Shown: piece by piece, positions 10,808 through 20,769 of the stretch
Layout of the letters: the number at the start of each line of letters is the position of its first letter
Numbering within the stretch: position 1 is the first letter of the stretch
NCBI GenBank assembly: GCA_039818205.1
Contig: JBCBUK010000001.1
Span: 544,001 to 608,000, forward strand
Direction: 5' to 3'
Length of the DNA stretch: 64,000 nt
Source: Verrucomicrobiota bacterium
GTDB taxonomy: Bacteria; Verrucomicrobiota; Verrucomicrobiia; Opitutales; Cerasicoccaceae
The notes under the pieces: model-generated
Database searches by the model: none
What the model saw: only the letters and a program-made list of their open reading frames with translations
What the model was told of the DNA's origin: nothing
Translations under genes and position numbers: made by a program

Positions 10808-13678
10808 TTATTTGAGGCAGGCGCCCTCTGGGCTAATGAGCGTTAAATAAACAGCGAGCTCGACCCGATTGGTGTTGTTATTCGTGGATTCGAGCACGGT
10901 CTTGATGATGTTGCGAGTCCCGGAGGTCATCGTTCCGGCGCAGAAAAGCAGTGAGGTTCGGTCGAGGAGCGCATCAATGTTGTTCGCCAATGGCAGAAGG
11001 TCGCTCCAGTCGGGTGGGAAATCGTATTCGTTTCCACCGCCGTTATTCGCCCGGAAACCATTCTCAGCAATTGACCACAACCGATTGGGAAAAGCGATGG
11101 CTGCATACGAGTCGGTAATCTCAAAGACTGGAGAATCCAACTGGTTTTCAGCAATCTCACCCCGCATGCGGAAATCGGGACGATAGTAGTTGAATACTGA
11201 AGGTGCTTCCATTGGCCCTTGCAGCGAGTCCGCGCGATAATTGCCCCAGTCCCACCACATCAAATTAGGGAACCGTCCTAAATTCATCACCCGCGCCAAA
11301 TGCATCGTGCGAATGGTTGGCTCACGAAGGTGTCCAAAGTATTCTGTTCCCAGGTGGTTCATCGGATCCCGAGCCTCCGGGTCCAATAGAATAGCACGAA
11401 CCACGGCGGCCATGTCACCAACTTCGCCGCTACCATTGTCCTGGAAGACAGCCGAAACCCGTGCAACGTATGCCGGAGTGGGGTTCGAGGTGACTAAAAA
11501 CTGAATCAATTGACGACAAACGAACGGGCCGGTATTCGGATGGCGAACCAGATGATAGACTGAATCCTCGATATCTTGAATTCCGTTTGCTTGGGTTGCG
11601 GCGCGAGCCGGAATCACGTGACCAGTAACCAAGGTTTTCGAACCGAAATCATGCTCATTGGGGAACATCTTCATCGGAGTGGTCATATAGAAACCATCGT
11701 CCCGATAGCCACCCATAAAGCTACTCGATGAATACCCCAAACCGGTGAATACTCGAGCCAGCTCCGTGATCTCCTCATTGCCGTAGGTCGGTATGGGCTC
11801 GCCGTGAATGTCCAGCTTTCGGGTTCCGTCAAGGTTCAGCTCCCACAGGCCTATCGTGAAAAGCTGCATAATCTCCCGCGCGAAGTTCTCATCGGGAAAT
11901 CGCTCAATAGAAAGGTCGGCCTTCTGGTTATGAAGGCTACTGAGGTAGTTGCCCATCAACGCATGGCGCGAGACGCGATTGAGCAGATCTTCATAACTGT
12001 CGAAGGCTTCATCGATAAACTGATCGTAGTAGTGCGCGGCTGCTTGAGGCTGATTGGCAAGGCCGGTAGCAGACATCGATGCGACGACGACTTGACTCAG
12101 CGCCCATGCTACCCGCTGTCTCAGTTGATCTTGCCCCTGGATTGTCGCCCTCGCCCAGGAAGTCGAATAACCGGCGCCAAAGAGCTTGATGCTCGAGTTG
12201 CTTGGATAGTCGTCCAGCTCAGGATCCGTTTGCCCGTTGTTGTAGTCTTGTTTGACCGCGAGAACGTAAGGTAGCGTAAACGTCTTTTCCAAAGACATCT
12301 GCTCGTCGATCCAGGCTTCGATACCAATCTGCTGCAGGTATTGAATGTCTTCGTAGGTTGGTCCAAAACTCGCCTGCAAAAGAAAGCGGGCCGCTTGAGC
12401 GTCCGTTAGCTGTTCGGCAGGATTCGTGCGCAGGTAGATTTCATTGAAGGAAGCCAAATCTCCTGAGAGCGTGACGTCCGGATTACCGTCGCCATCAGTG
12501 TCGTAACTCTTTGGACTTCCCGAAGAATTACCTTCCCCAGAAAGATAACTAAATCCGAAATGCTCTTCTACCCAATCGGGAACATCATCGGAATCTCCAT
12601 CAGACTCCGTTATACGGGCGCGGAAGAATTGGCGACTGGTGGCCAGATTCACGTCAGCATAGTGCTCATTCCCAACCATGGTCGACGAGAGACCAGCGTT
12701 TGTCCACGGATCGGTTACACCCAGGTCCGAGGAAGTCTCAACGATACTTGGCCGCAAAACGTTTTCAGGCCACGATAGCTCAAATTCATCCCCACCCTTG
12801 GGTGTCACTTTCAGCTCAAGGCGGCTTTGCGCATCGAAAGGATTCGTTAGCGACTGTGCTTCGCGGCCATTGGAAACACCGTCACCATCCTCATCGAGGA
12901 ACGGCGACAAACCGGACGCACCGTAGATGGACTCCCAGATATCCGGGTAGCCATTCGAATCCATATCCATTTCAGTCGGGTTCGTGACCACCTGATGCGG
13001 TGGCAAGGTCGGCACCGGCGGGATATCGACCGTAAGCTTCACGTTATCGATATAGGCAAAAACATTGCTGCCCGCGTTCGGCTCGTAATCGCTAACCGGT
13101 ACAATTGGCTGAATCCGAGCGATCGGCTCTCCAATATCATTAACGGCAGGAATGACTCCTTCAACCCGGGCATTGATCCAATACCCGTCATCGAACTCGT
13201 CATAAAAGCTGGAAGTTACCGAAATGAAATTTTGATCACTAAACTCGCCGGTAGCGGAAAAGAAACGTAGAAGCAAATAGACGGTATCCTGACCATCCAT
13301 TGTGGTGTTACCCGGAATAAAGAACTGACCGGTGAAGGTAAATTCGGTAACACCCGGAACGATGCGATCGTCCCAAACCATGTCACCCGGGATTTCATAG
13401 GGTGAGGTTGCCATTCGCAACGCTCCCCACTCGGTCGAGCCGTTGTTTGCGCCGTTCATGCGCATCGCGTGGACACCACCGTGGGTTGAATTTGCGGGGT
13501 CGCTGACAATGCTACCTTGGCTTCCGCTCTTCAGGCCATTGTATTTACTCGTGTAGGTTCCAGTAAGGTTTTTTCCATTTCCGTCATCCTGCCACAAAGT
13601 AACGATTTCTGCTCGCAAACAGGAAAGGGAAAATACGGATACAAGCACCAAACACCAAACCGATGTATATAAGCGCAT
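10808..13678 (-). CDS. DUF1800 family protein with extra N-terminal CBM-like and DxDxDG-repeat domains
   Basis: C-terminal part has AARFLLQASFGPT, DQLRQRVAWALSQ, PDENFAREIMQLFTIGL, HPNTGPF, VTSNPTPAYVARV, APSVFNYYRP. Signal peptide and a ~420-aa N-terminal extension. Confidence 0.88.
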   Translation of the reverse strand: MRLYTSVWCLVLVSVFSLSCLRAEIVTLWQDDGNGKNLTGTYTSKYNGLKSGSQGSIVSDPANSTHGGVHAMRMNGANNGSTEWGALRMATSPYEIPGDMVWDDRIVPGVTEFTFTGQFFIPGNTTMDGQDTVYLLLRFFSATGEFSDQNFISVTSSFYDEFDDGYWINARVEGVIPAVNDIGEPIARIQPIVPVSDYEPNAGSNVFAYIDNVKLTVDIPPVPTLPPHQVVTNPTEMDMDSNGYPDIWESIYGASGLSPFLDEDGDGVSNGREAQSLTNPFDAQSRLELKVTPKGGDEFELSWPENVLRPSIVETSSDLGVTDPWTNAGLSSTMVGNEHYADVNLATSRQFFRARITESDGDSDDVPDWVEEHFGFSYLSGEGNSSGSPKSYDTDGDGNPDVTLSGDLASFNEIYLRTNPAEQLTDAQAARFLLQASFGPTYEDIQYLQQIGIEAWIDEQMSLEKTFTLPYVLAVKQDYNNGQTDPELDDYPSNSSIKLFGAGYSTSWARATIQGQDQLRQRVAWALSQVVVASMSATGLANQPQAAAHYYDQFIDEAFDSYEDLLNRVSRHALMGNYLSSLHNQKADLSIERFPDENFAREIMQLFTIGLWELNLDGTRKLDIHGEPIPTYGNEEITELARVFTGLGYSSSSFMGGYRDDGFYMTTPMKMFPNEHDFGSKTLVTGHVIPARAATQANGIQDIEDSVYHLVRHPNTGPFVCRQLIQFLVTSNPTPAYVARVSAVFQDNGSGEVGDMAAVVRAILLDPEARDPMNHLGTEYFGHLREPTIRTMHLARVMNLGRFPNLMWWDWGNYRADSLQGPMEAPSVFNYYRPDFRMRGEIAENQLDSPVFEITDSYAAIAFPNRLWSIAENGFRANNGGGNEYDFPPDWSDLLPLANNIDALLDRTSLLFCAGTMTSGTRNIIKTVLESTNNNTNRVELAVYLTLISPEGACLK

Positions 13679-13738
13679 AGGGAGATTTTAGTTTTACCCA
13701 ATTAAAAGGGCAAGTGTGGGGTGATCAAGACAAACGGG

Positions 13739-13778
13739 ATAATCAAAAGATAGGCCCTAAAACTTATCACTTGGGTAA
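13739..13778. promoter_or_regulatory. two imperfect palindromes (YTAYC-N5-GRTAR-like) upstream of the DUF1800-DUF1501 operon
   Basis: ATAATCAAAAGATAG (13739-13753) and TTATCACTTGGGTAA (13764-13778) resemble CTATCCAAAAGATAG at 25667-25681. Confidence 0.45.
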
Positions 13779-13832
13779 GTGCTTTGCATGGGCTGTCTGA
13801 TTTTTACAATATCTAAACAAACCCAACAAGAA

Positions 13833-13878
13833 CAAAAACGAAAAGCTCTAAGCCGCTAAATAATAGCAACTTAGAGCT
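13833..13878 (-). terminator. intrinsic terminator after the DUF1080 gene
   Basis: Minus strand AGCTCTAAGTTGCTA-TTATT-TAGCGGCTTAGAGCT followed by TTTCGTTTTTG. Confidence 0.75.
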
Positions 13879-13945
13879 CAACGAATTTTTACGCTTTGCT
13901 GAAATACGATCGCAGGGAATCGTATCGCGCAAAAACATTTACAAA

Positions 13946-15121
13946 TTACTTCTTCTTGGGGTCCCAGCCTTGCTCTTCTACGATAACATTAATCGCCTTA
14001 GAATGATCATGTTCTGGGGGAAGCATATCGAATTCGACCAAGAAATTGTACGCCTTATAGAGTGACAAGATCTTCCACTTTCGGCCCTTCTTCTCTTCTT
14101 CATTAAGCGTGGAATACTCTTCGAGATAAGCACCAACAATTGCATCCGCTTCCTCCTGAGTCTCATCTTTACTCATGTATACTTGAGCCTCCAGTAATCG
14201 AAGCGCCTTGTCCAAACCTTGCTTCTGGGCGGCGTCCTCGCGAATGCCGGCAGCAATCTCGGCGCGTTTGGCAAGCGCCGCTTCGGTGCTCAAGCGACCG
14301 TCCGAACCCCCATCAAACTCGCGCGGGCGCAGCGGACGATACCAGATATTGCGAAAACGGACGGGATTACCGTGATCCTGCAGTGACAGTGAACCAACAT
14401 CGGGAAATACGCGGTCAAGAGGCTTGCGCTTTTTGTAGCCCCCTCCCCCGTTGATCGGTGTGCTGTCCTGGATCACTACGCCATTACACATTACGGTTAA
14501 GGAACCGGGATCGAGCACTTCGCCATCACGAACAATTGGGCGGCGGAAAATGATATCGTAGCTCTGCCACTCACCTGGCGGACGCAGCGCGTTTGCAGCC
14601 GGCGGCATCACTCCATACACCGCACCAGCGGTACCATCAGCGTAGGTCGGGTTCTCGTAGTTGTCCAATACTTGCACTTCAACCATGCCCATTAGGAACA
14701 CGCCACTATTTCCGCGGCCCTGGCCTTTGCCTTTAATGTCGCTTGGAGCCGACCATTCAATGTGCAGTTGGCAGTCTCCAAATTTTTCCTTAGTTGCAAT
14801 ATAGCCACCCTTGGGCGCGCAAACCATGGCTCCGTCAACCACGGACCAATCGGATTCGCGCTCGCCTTCCGGCTTGGTGTGGAACCAGTTCGTCTCAAAG
14901 GATTCTTGCGTCCCATCGAAGAGCACGATCGCGTCCGAAGGCGGCGCACCGGGCATCTCCGCAGGATCAACGCGCGGCGGCTGCGGCCGGTTTTGGTCGT
15001 GCACAGCCCAAGCGTGGTGAGCATCGGGTGGATCACCAAAAAAGGTCGTGTACGCATCGCTCATGCTAAGCGCCGAAAGGATGACAACGGAAGGGATTAA
15101 ACGTGTAAGCGGGATTCTCAT
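13946..15121 (-). CDS. DUF1080 (3-keto-glycoside hydrolase-like) protein with C-terminal helical extension
   Basis: PSDAIVLFDG, FGDCQLHIEW, RGNSGVF, EVQVLD, PGEWQSYDI, LQDHGNPVRFRNIW. Probable start ATG 15121 with a signal peptide. Confidence 0.9.
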   Translation of the reverse strand: MRIPLTRLIPSVVILSALSMSDAYTTFFGDPPDAHHAWAVHDQNRPQPPRVDPAEMPGAPPSDAIVLFDGTQESFETNWFHTKPEGERESDWSVVDGAMVCAPKGGYIATKEKFGDCQLHIEWSAPSDIKGKGQGRGNSGVFLMGMVEVQVLDNYENPTYADGTAGAVYGVMPPAANALRPPGEWQSYDIIFRRPIVRDGEVLDPGSLTVMCNGVVIQDSTPINGGGGYKKRKPLDRVFPDVGSLSLQDHGNPVRFRNIWYRPLRPREFDGGSDGRLSTEAALAKRAEIAAGIREDAAQKQGLDKALRLLEAQVYMSKDETQEEADAIVGAYLEEYSTLNEEEKKGRKWKILSLYKAYNFLVEFDMLPPEHDHSKAINVIVEEQGWDPKKK

Positions 15122-15122
15122 T

Positions 15123-15758
15123 TTATTGTTTTTCTGAAAGGATTGCGATGACCGGTTTGTTTCCACTGGCTCTGGCTACTGATAGAGCGGTATCGCCGTT
15201 GACAGCTTTGACCGACGGATCGACGCCGTTCTCCAGGAGTAGCAGGGTAATTTCTGGGCGCGCGCTTACAGCAGCCTCATGCAGCGGAGTGCCGCCGCGT
15301 TCGCTCAGCGTCATTGCCTCCGCCCCACCCTTCAGGAGGACCTCAATCATCTTCAGGCGATCTTTTGCCGCCGCGTTGTGCAACGGCGTCCACCCGGCCT
15401 TGTCCCACTCGTTGGGCTTAGCTTTTGCTGTCAGCAACTTCTCAGCCACTGTGAGCTGGTCTCGATCCACGGCAAGGTGAAGCGGTGTTCGCTTGCTATT
15501 ATCGGGCGCATTCACATCGGCTCCAGCCTCGATCAGCACAATGGCAATCTCTGAACGCTTTCGCAAAATCGCCTGGTTCAATGGACTAAGCTTCGGATGG
15601 CTCCCCTTATTCGCGCGTTCGGGAAACAGCTCCAAATGCATTTTCACATCCTCGACATCGCCAACGGCGATGGCTTTATCGATGGTTTCATACGTGGTTG
15701 TTTCGGCATAGCACGATGCGGCGAGAAACAAACATAGGGATACAAGATATCGCGTCAT
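15123..15758 (-). CDS. exported ankyrin-repeat protein
   Basis: Repeats TPLHLAV, TPLHNAA, TPLHEAA, GADVN, GDTAL; N-terminal signal peptide. Confidence 0.92.
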   Translation of the reverse strand: MTRYLVSLCLFLAASCYAETTTYETIDKAIAVGDVEDVKMHLELFPERANKGSHPKLSPLNQAILRKRSEIAIVLIEAGADVNAPDNSKRTPLHLAVDRDQLTVAEKLLTAKAKPNEWDKAGWTPLHNAAAKDRLKMIEVLLKGGAEAMTLSERGGTPLHEAAVSARPEITLLLLENGVDPSVKAVNGDTALSVARASGNKPVIAILSEKQ

Positions 15759-15836
15759 AAGAACAGAGGGATCTTAGAGCGATTGAAGCAAGCTGGGCGA
15801 GGGAAATATTTCGGCCTGACTTCAGGCAATCCAAAC

Positions 15837-15873
15837 AAAAAAAGAACCTGGTGAGCTCAGCTCACCAGGTTCT
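15837..15873 (-). terminator. intrinsic terminator of the PEP-CTERM gene
   Basis: Perfect 14-bp inverted repeat AGAACCTGGTGAGC-TCA-GCTCACCAGGTTCT (15843-15873) with a T run on the minus strand. Confidence 0.85.
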
Positions 15874-15904
15874 ACAAAAATCAAGAAGTTTTCAGACGGG
15901 CCAA

Positions 15905-16594
15905 CTACTCTCTGCGGCGACGGATCAACATGAAACCAAGAATCGCTGAACCGAAGATCAAGCCGTAGGTGCTTGGCTCTGGAACGAGCGTGAAGTTAAT
16001 GTTGTCCATGTAAAGGAAATCCGTTGCAGCAACGCCACCTTGGTCGATACCAATAAACGGACGTGCTTCGTCAACACTACCAGCGATGAAGTCAGAAACG
16101 AGACCAGAGTAGGTGATCGAATACTGACCGGCGAGAGACTCGATACCCGAACTATCAGTCGGACCATTCCCACCGACTCCGTTCAACTTGAACCGAGGCT
16201 GAATATCGCCCACAGCCACAGCCAGATCGGATGGAATATAGATATCGAAAGTCAAAGAATATGCGGTTGTGTCGGGCACGGTCGCGAACTCAATGGGGTT
16301 CGCCGCCGAACGAACAGCAGCAAATGCGTTGTCGAGGATTGACAAGCGAACAAACTGTCCGGACGCCAAGGTAAATGCCGCCGCTGCGGTCGGATCGGTA
16401 GTTGCATCAACAACGATGCTGCTAGCGGTATTCGCCGTCTGGAAATCCGTGCCAGCGAGGGTCTGATTGTTACCCGAAGTACCACCAAGTGTCGCGCCTT
16501 CAAAATCCACTGACCAAATGACTTGGGCAGACAGGACTGGAGCGAGGGCGGAGACACAGGAGACTAGGAGTGTAGACTTAATGAGGTTTTTCAT
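15905..16594 (-). CDS. PEP-CTERM surface protein with CBM-like beta-sandwich
   Basis: Signal peptide; DFEG near the mature N-terminus and LYMDNINF near the end; VPEPSTYGLIFGSAILGFMLIRRRRE. Confidence 0.92.
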   Translation of the reverse strand: MKNLIKSTLLVSCVSALAPVLSAQVIWSVDFEGATLGGTSGNNQTLAGTDFQTANTASSIVVDATTDPTAAAAFTLASGQFVRLSILDNAFAAVRSAANPIEFATVPDTTAYSLTFDIYIPSDLAVAVGDIQPRFKLNGVGGNGPTDSSGIESLAGQYSITYSGLVSDFIAGSVDEARPFIGIDQGGVAATDFLYMDNINFTLVPEPSTYGLIFGSAILGFMLIRRRRE

Positions 16595-16762
16595 AATGAA
16601 TGATTAGGGGGAAGAAAACTAAGGCAACTAGTTAGAATCACCTTTGTTTCTATAGTATACACATTTCACCTGAGCGAAAATAGCGTCATTATCGAAAAAC
16701 AATGCAGCAACCACGCAAAACCCACCCACAATTGCACGGGCGTTCACACTCTTTATACCCCA

Positions 16763-19117
16763 CTAAACTCCTCGAATATTCCGATATCCCAGTGGCGTGT
16801 ATCCCGTGTTCTTTTTAAAAACCTGGCAAAAATGACGGGTGTGCTTGAAACCTGAACGGGTCGATACCTCTTCAATCGAAATACCCGTCCGAGTTAGGAG
16901 ATCTTTCGCCGTATTCATCCGCGTTAGCAACAAGTGATCTGCAATGGAGTGTCGCATCACCGCACGACAGCGATTTTCCAACGTCCGCCGGCTGACTCCG
17001 CTGGCGGACACAATTTGTTCGATTGTGGGGTGCTCGCTGTAGTGACTTTCGATAAACCGAGTTGCGCGATTAAGAGCAGGATCGTCCGAGGCTGGCCCAC
17101 GGGTACTTTCCCGCTCAATTACAATCCTCGGACTCATCTTAATCAATCGCCCGAGATCATGATCATTCTGATCAAGAATCGCTTCAATAGCTTCCATCGC
17201 AAGGTAGCCAGAACGTTCAAATCGGATATCAATGCTACTGAGTGTTGGTTGGCTGTGGTGCGTTAAGAAAACATCATCATCAACTCCTAGAATGGCCAAA
17301 TCCTGGGGAACTCCAATTCCGTTGTACTTGCAGATATCCAGGATCACGCAACTCAAGGCATCATTGAAGGCAAATAATGCGGTGCGCGTCGGTAATTGGA
17401 GGACCCAAGCTTCCAGTGCCTCAAAGGTATCCAGTACCGAGCCCTGAATATTCGCTTCGTCAACCCCATCAGCCAGCAGGGTCTCTCTGTATCCTTGGTA
17501 ACGTTCTTCCGAACGTCGATCAATCGATTCCGTGAGATCATTTGCCGCAAAGGATCCATACCCGCAGTAAGCAAAATGCTGATAGCCCTTTTCAAGGAAA
17601 TGCTTGGCAGCCAATTGGCCAACCTCAACGTCATCAACAGCCAACGACCAAGCATTTTCAAATATCCGTTGATGGCCAATACTGACTAAGGGACGCACAC
17701 CCGTCAGCTCATCCGGAATCTTAAAGCGGCCGACCACAATGAATCCGTCGTATTGCTCAGCATCGGTGAACCCTAGCTGACTCATCTGATCCGCTGCCCA
17801 TTGATTAATTGATATGCGTAAATCGGGCCGCTTGCGCGCGTAGGTTTCCGCTCCGTGCAAGGTATCAAGGGCGGCCTCACCGTTTAAGGTCGTAAGGATG
17901 CAAATGTCGCGACGCTTCGGGGCTTCTAAAACCTCAACACCAGCAGTGGGCTGATCGCGCCGTAGAAACTCTTGGCGGTACTCGCTGGGAGAGACCCCTT
18001 CTGCGGCAATAAACTGTCGCCTTAGATTACCCGAATCCTGATAAAGGAGGTCACTGATGCGCTCGAATGCAAGCTTGGTCGTTCGAAGGTAAAACTTCAC
18101 CCGATTAATCCTGCGAGCGATGATATGGTGCTGCACGGTGCAGCCCAACTCGTCGTGAAAGAGAGTCTCCAAGACCCGCAGGCTAACCCCGGCCCTGGCC
18201 GCAATGTCTTCACAACTCGGCGGCTGACTAGGGTCAATATCCTCAATGATTTTCAACGCGACCTGGACAGTTTGATTGGGCGAAGAACTGTGCCCAGTCG
18301 ATTCCCTCAAGATTGCTTTCGGGACCGGTGATCCTGGAGGTGCCGAGGTTCTTCCATGATTCAAGTATTCAACCAGCCGCAACAGATCCTGGTAGGCCAA
18401 TTCTTGTGCATTGGTATCGATGCTAGTTAACCAGGGTTGCCCCAGCGCGCATAATAAGCGGTCGTTGTCGACCCCGACCAAGGCAATGTCTTCTGGGATG
18501 GATAGCTTCTGCATCCAACAGATCTCCGCGAGTTCCAGGCATCCGAGGTCGTTGTAGGCGAAGACACCCGCTGGTTTGGGAATACTGGCGACCCATTCCA
18601 TCAACGCGGCATAGCCAGCTCGGCGATGTTGGCTGACACAATTCTCAAGGTCCTCAACCCCCAGCGCGGTCAGACGCTCGCAGAACCCCGCGTAGCGTTT
18701 CTCGCTACGGGCATCGCATTGGGCGTTGTCACCTCGTAAGCCATCGTAGAACCCGTAGCCGACTAAGCCGAGATCGAACATGATATCGGCCGCCAACCGG
18801 CCCACCGCATAGTTATCCATCGGTGTAGCAAAAAGCCGACGCGACACTGCATTGTCATCGATTCGAATCACCGGTTTTCCCTCGGGCAACTGAGATAGGT
18901 CTTCCTCGCTCGTGCCTAAGACAAACCCATCATACCGCGACAGGTTTTTGAGTGCTAACGGAGTTTCTTTAGTGATGATATCAATGCGCGCTTCGGGAGA
19001 ACCTTCCTGGATATAGCGAAGTGCACCGCGGAGAACATTCCGTCCAAACGACATCTGCGCATTGGCGATCACACCAATCCGAACTTTTTCAACGTCGGTT
19101 TCTCCTCCTGTTATCAT
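16763..19117 (-). CDS. tandem-duplicated XylR-type regulator: (LacI-like sugar-binding domain + AraC HTH) x2
   Basis: Two copies of P.x.x.FA.ND...IPEDIALVGVDND / VPQDLAILGVDDD...L(T/S)SID...REST, each followed by an AraC HTH (...VSPSEYR and ...YTPLGYR). Confidence 0.88.
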   Translation of the reverse strand: MITGGETDVEKVRIGVIANAQMSFGRNVLRGALRYIQEGSPEARIDIITKETPLALKNLSRYDGFVLGTSEEDLSQLPEGKPVIRIDDNAVSRRLFATPMDNYAVGRLAADIMFDLGLVGYGFYDGLRGDNAQCDARSEKRYAGFCERLTALGVEDLENCVSQHRRAGYAALMEWVASIPKPAGVFAYNDLGCLELAEICWMQKLSIPEDIALVGVDNDRLLCALGQPWLTSIDTNAQELAYQDLLRLVEYLNHGRTSAPPGSPVPKAILRESTGHSSSPNQTVQVALKIIEDIDPSQPPSCEDIAARAGVSLRVLETLFHDELGCTVQHHIIARRINRVKFYLRTTKLAFERISDLLYQDSGNLRRQFIAAEGVSPSEYRQEFLRRDQPTAGVEVLEAPKRRDICILTTLNGEAALDTLHGAETYARKRPDLRISINQWAADQMSQLGFTDAEQYDGFIVVGRFKIPDELTGVRPLVSIGHQRIFENAWSLAVDDVEVGQLAAKHFLEKGYQHFAYCGYGSFAANDLTESIDRRSEERYQGYRETLLADGVDEANIQGSVLDTFEALEAWVLQLPTRTALFAFNDALSCVILDICKYNGIGVPQDLAILGVDDDVFLTHHSQPTLSSIDIRFERSGYLAMEAIEAILDQNDHDLGRLIKMSPRIVIERESTRGPASDDPALNRATRFIESHYSEHPTIEQIVSASGVSRRTLENRCRAVMRHSIADHLLLTRMNTAKDLLTRTGISIEEVSTRSGFKHTRHFCQVFKKNTGYTPLGYRNIRGV

Positions 19118-19278
19118 TCCAAATTCAACTTCCTCAATTACACTAAGTTTTGTTCTCCAATACAGCCACTAAGGCAAGCGATCGCGTGATGCACAATTGG
19201 TCCTCCCAAATGAATGATCCCTCTACAATTCGCAAAATCCTTTATGACCGGGCACATCTCGAGTAGTAACATTGCCGC

Positions 19279-20769
19279 TTATTTTTTGCGTTCTTGCCGC
19301 TCGGCAATCTGATTAACAAGCGCATCATATTCTTCAAATCGCTCGGGGCGGTATTCGTCAAATGGCTTGCCTTCTCCGGTAATACGAGGGTCACGCTGAT
19401 CAGCCAACCGATCGAGCAACTGAGCACGCATTTGCTCTTTGATGACGGAGTATTCCGGATTAACCGCGAGGTTCTCCAGGCACTCAGGATCTTCTGCGAT
19501 GTTGTAGAGCTCTTCATCCGGGCGTTTACCAAAGCATAACGCATATGTCGGCCTCTCCAGCTCCTTGTACACCAATTGCGACTTCGTTGGACTCCAGTCG
19601 GTGTCCCGCCAACCACCTTCTGGATTTCCACTTGGCCAACGATCGGATTCGAAATTTACCATATAGACGAAATCGCCGGCATGTAGGCTACGCACTGGAT
19701 ACCCCCAACCGTTGGGTCGGCACATATCGTTGCGCTCGCGACCCGTTAAAACCGATTCACGATCGCTCACGGTCTTGGCGAAGAAATCACTGAGACTCTT
19801 TCCTTCAATCGCCTGCATACCGCTGGCAGACTCACCAATCTGAGCGGCTTCCAATATCGTTGGAGCCAAATCAATAAAGCTGGCAAACTCATTGCACGCC
19901 CGGCCAGGATCTTTAATTTTTCCAGACCATTTCACCACAAAGGGGACCCGAGTGGCGAATTCATGTGGGTGACCTTTGAAACGCGGGAAGGGCATCGAAT
20001 TATCCGAGGTCGCAATAATCAAGGTGTTATCCAACTCGCCCGCTTCTTCAATCTGTTCGAGAATTTCGCCTAAGTGCCAATCAAAGTATTCCACCTCAAC
20101 GGCATAGTCGAGGATGTCGTGTTTAACCGCCTCCGAATCGCCCCAAAAGCTGGGGAGAAAATCTAGATCTTCGAGGCTTTTGCCTGATCTGACTCCGGAT
20201 TGATACTCGTAACCCCGATGAGGCTCTTTCGCCCCATACCAAAAAAAGAATGGTTGATCCGTGGGTTTGTCGTCCAAGAACGCTCGAAAATTTTCCGCAT
20301 AATCGTAGGTCGCGACATTCTTCGTCGGAAGGTCTTGCTTCTTAATCGAATTGTACGCGGTGCCAGTCAGGTTGCGGCCTTTAGGATGAATTCCAGGGTT
20401 CCATCCCTTGCCGGTGAATCCCGCGTGGTATCCATTTTCGCTCAAGGCTTCGACAAAGCTCTTGAACTTGACGGGCCATATTGGTTTGTGGTTCGCGGCA
20501 CCGTCTAACTGCCAAGGATTGCGCCCCGTTAATATGACCGCGCGTGATGGTGCGCATTTACTTGATGGCGTATACATGCGGGTGAACCGCAACCCATCTT
20601 CGGCCAGCGAATCAAAGTGCGGTGTTGAGACAAACTCATACCCATAGCAACTCGCGTGTGACATGTCATCAGCGCAGACAAACAGTATGTTTGGCCGATC
20701 TAACGCAACCAGTAATGGAACCAACCCAATCGAGGTCAGCAGCGAAAGGGCTAGCGATCGTTTTGTCAT
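19279..20769 (-). CDS. sulfatase (S1, Cys-type), exported
   Basis: [29 protein letters not shown]; signal peptide; 4-bp overlap with the upstream sulfatase. Confidence 0.92.
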   Translation of the reverse strand: MTKRSLALSLLTSIGLVPLLVALDRPNILFVCADDMSHASCYGYEFVSTPHFDSLAEDGLRFTRMYTPSSKCAPSRAVILTGRNPWQLDGAANHKPIWPVKFKSFVEALSENGYHAGFTGKGWNPGIHPKGRNLTGTAYNSIKKQDLPTKNVATYDYAENFRAFLDDKPTDQPFFFWYGAKEPHRGYEYQSGVRSGKSLEDLDFLPSFWGDSEAVKHDILDYAVEVEYFDWHLGEILEQIEEAGELDNTLIIATSDNSMPFPRFKGHPHEFATRVPFVVKWSGKIKDPGRACNEFASFIDLAPTILEAAQIGESASGMQAIEGKSLSDFFAKTVSDRESVLTGRERNDMCRPNGWGYPVRSLHAGDFVYMVNFESDRWPSGNPEGGWRDTDWSPTKSQLVYKELERPTYALCFGKRPDEELYNIAEDPECLENLAVNPEYSVIKEQMRAQLLDRLADQRDPRITGEGKPFDEYRPERFEEYDALVNQIAERQERKK

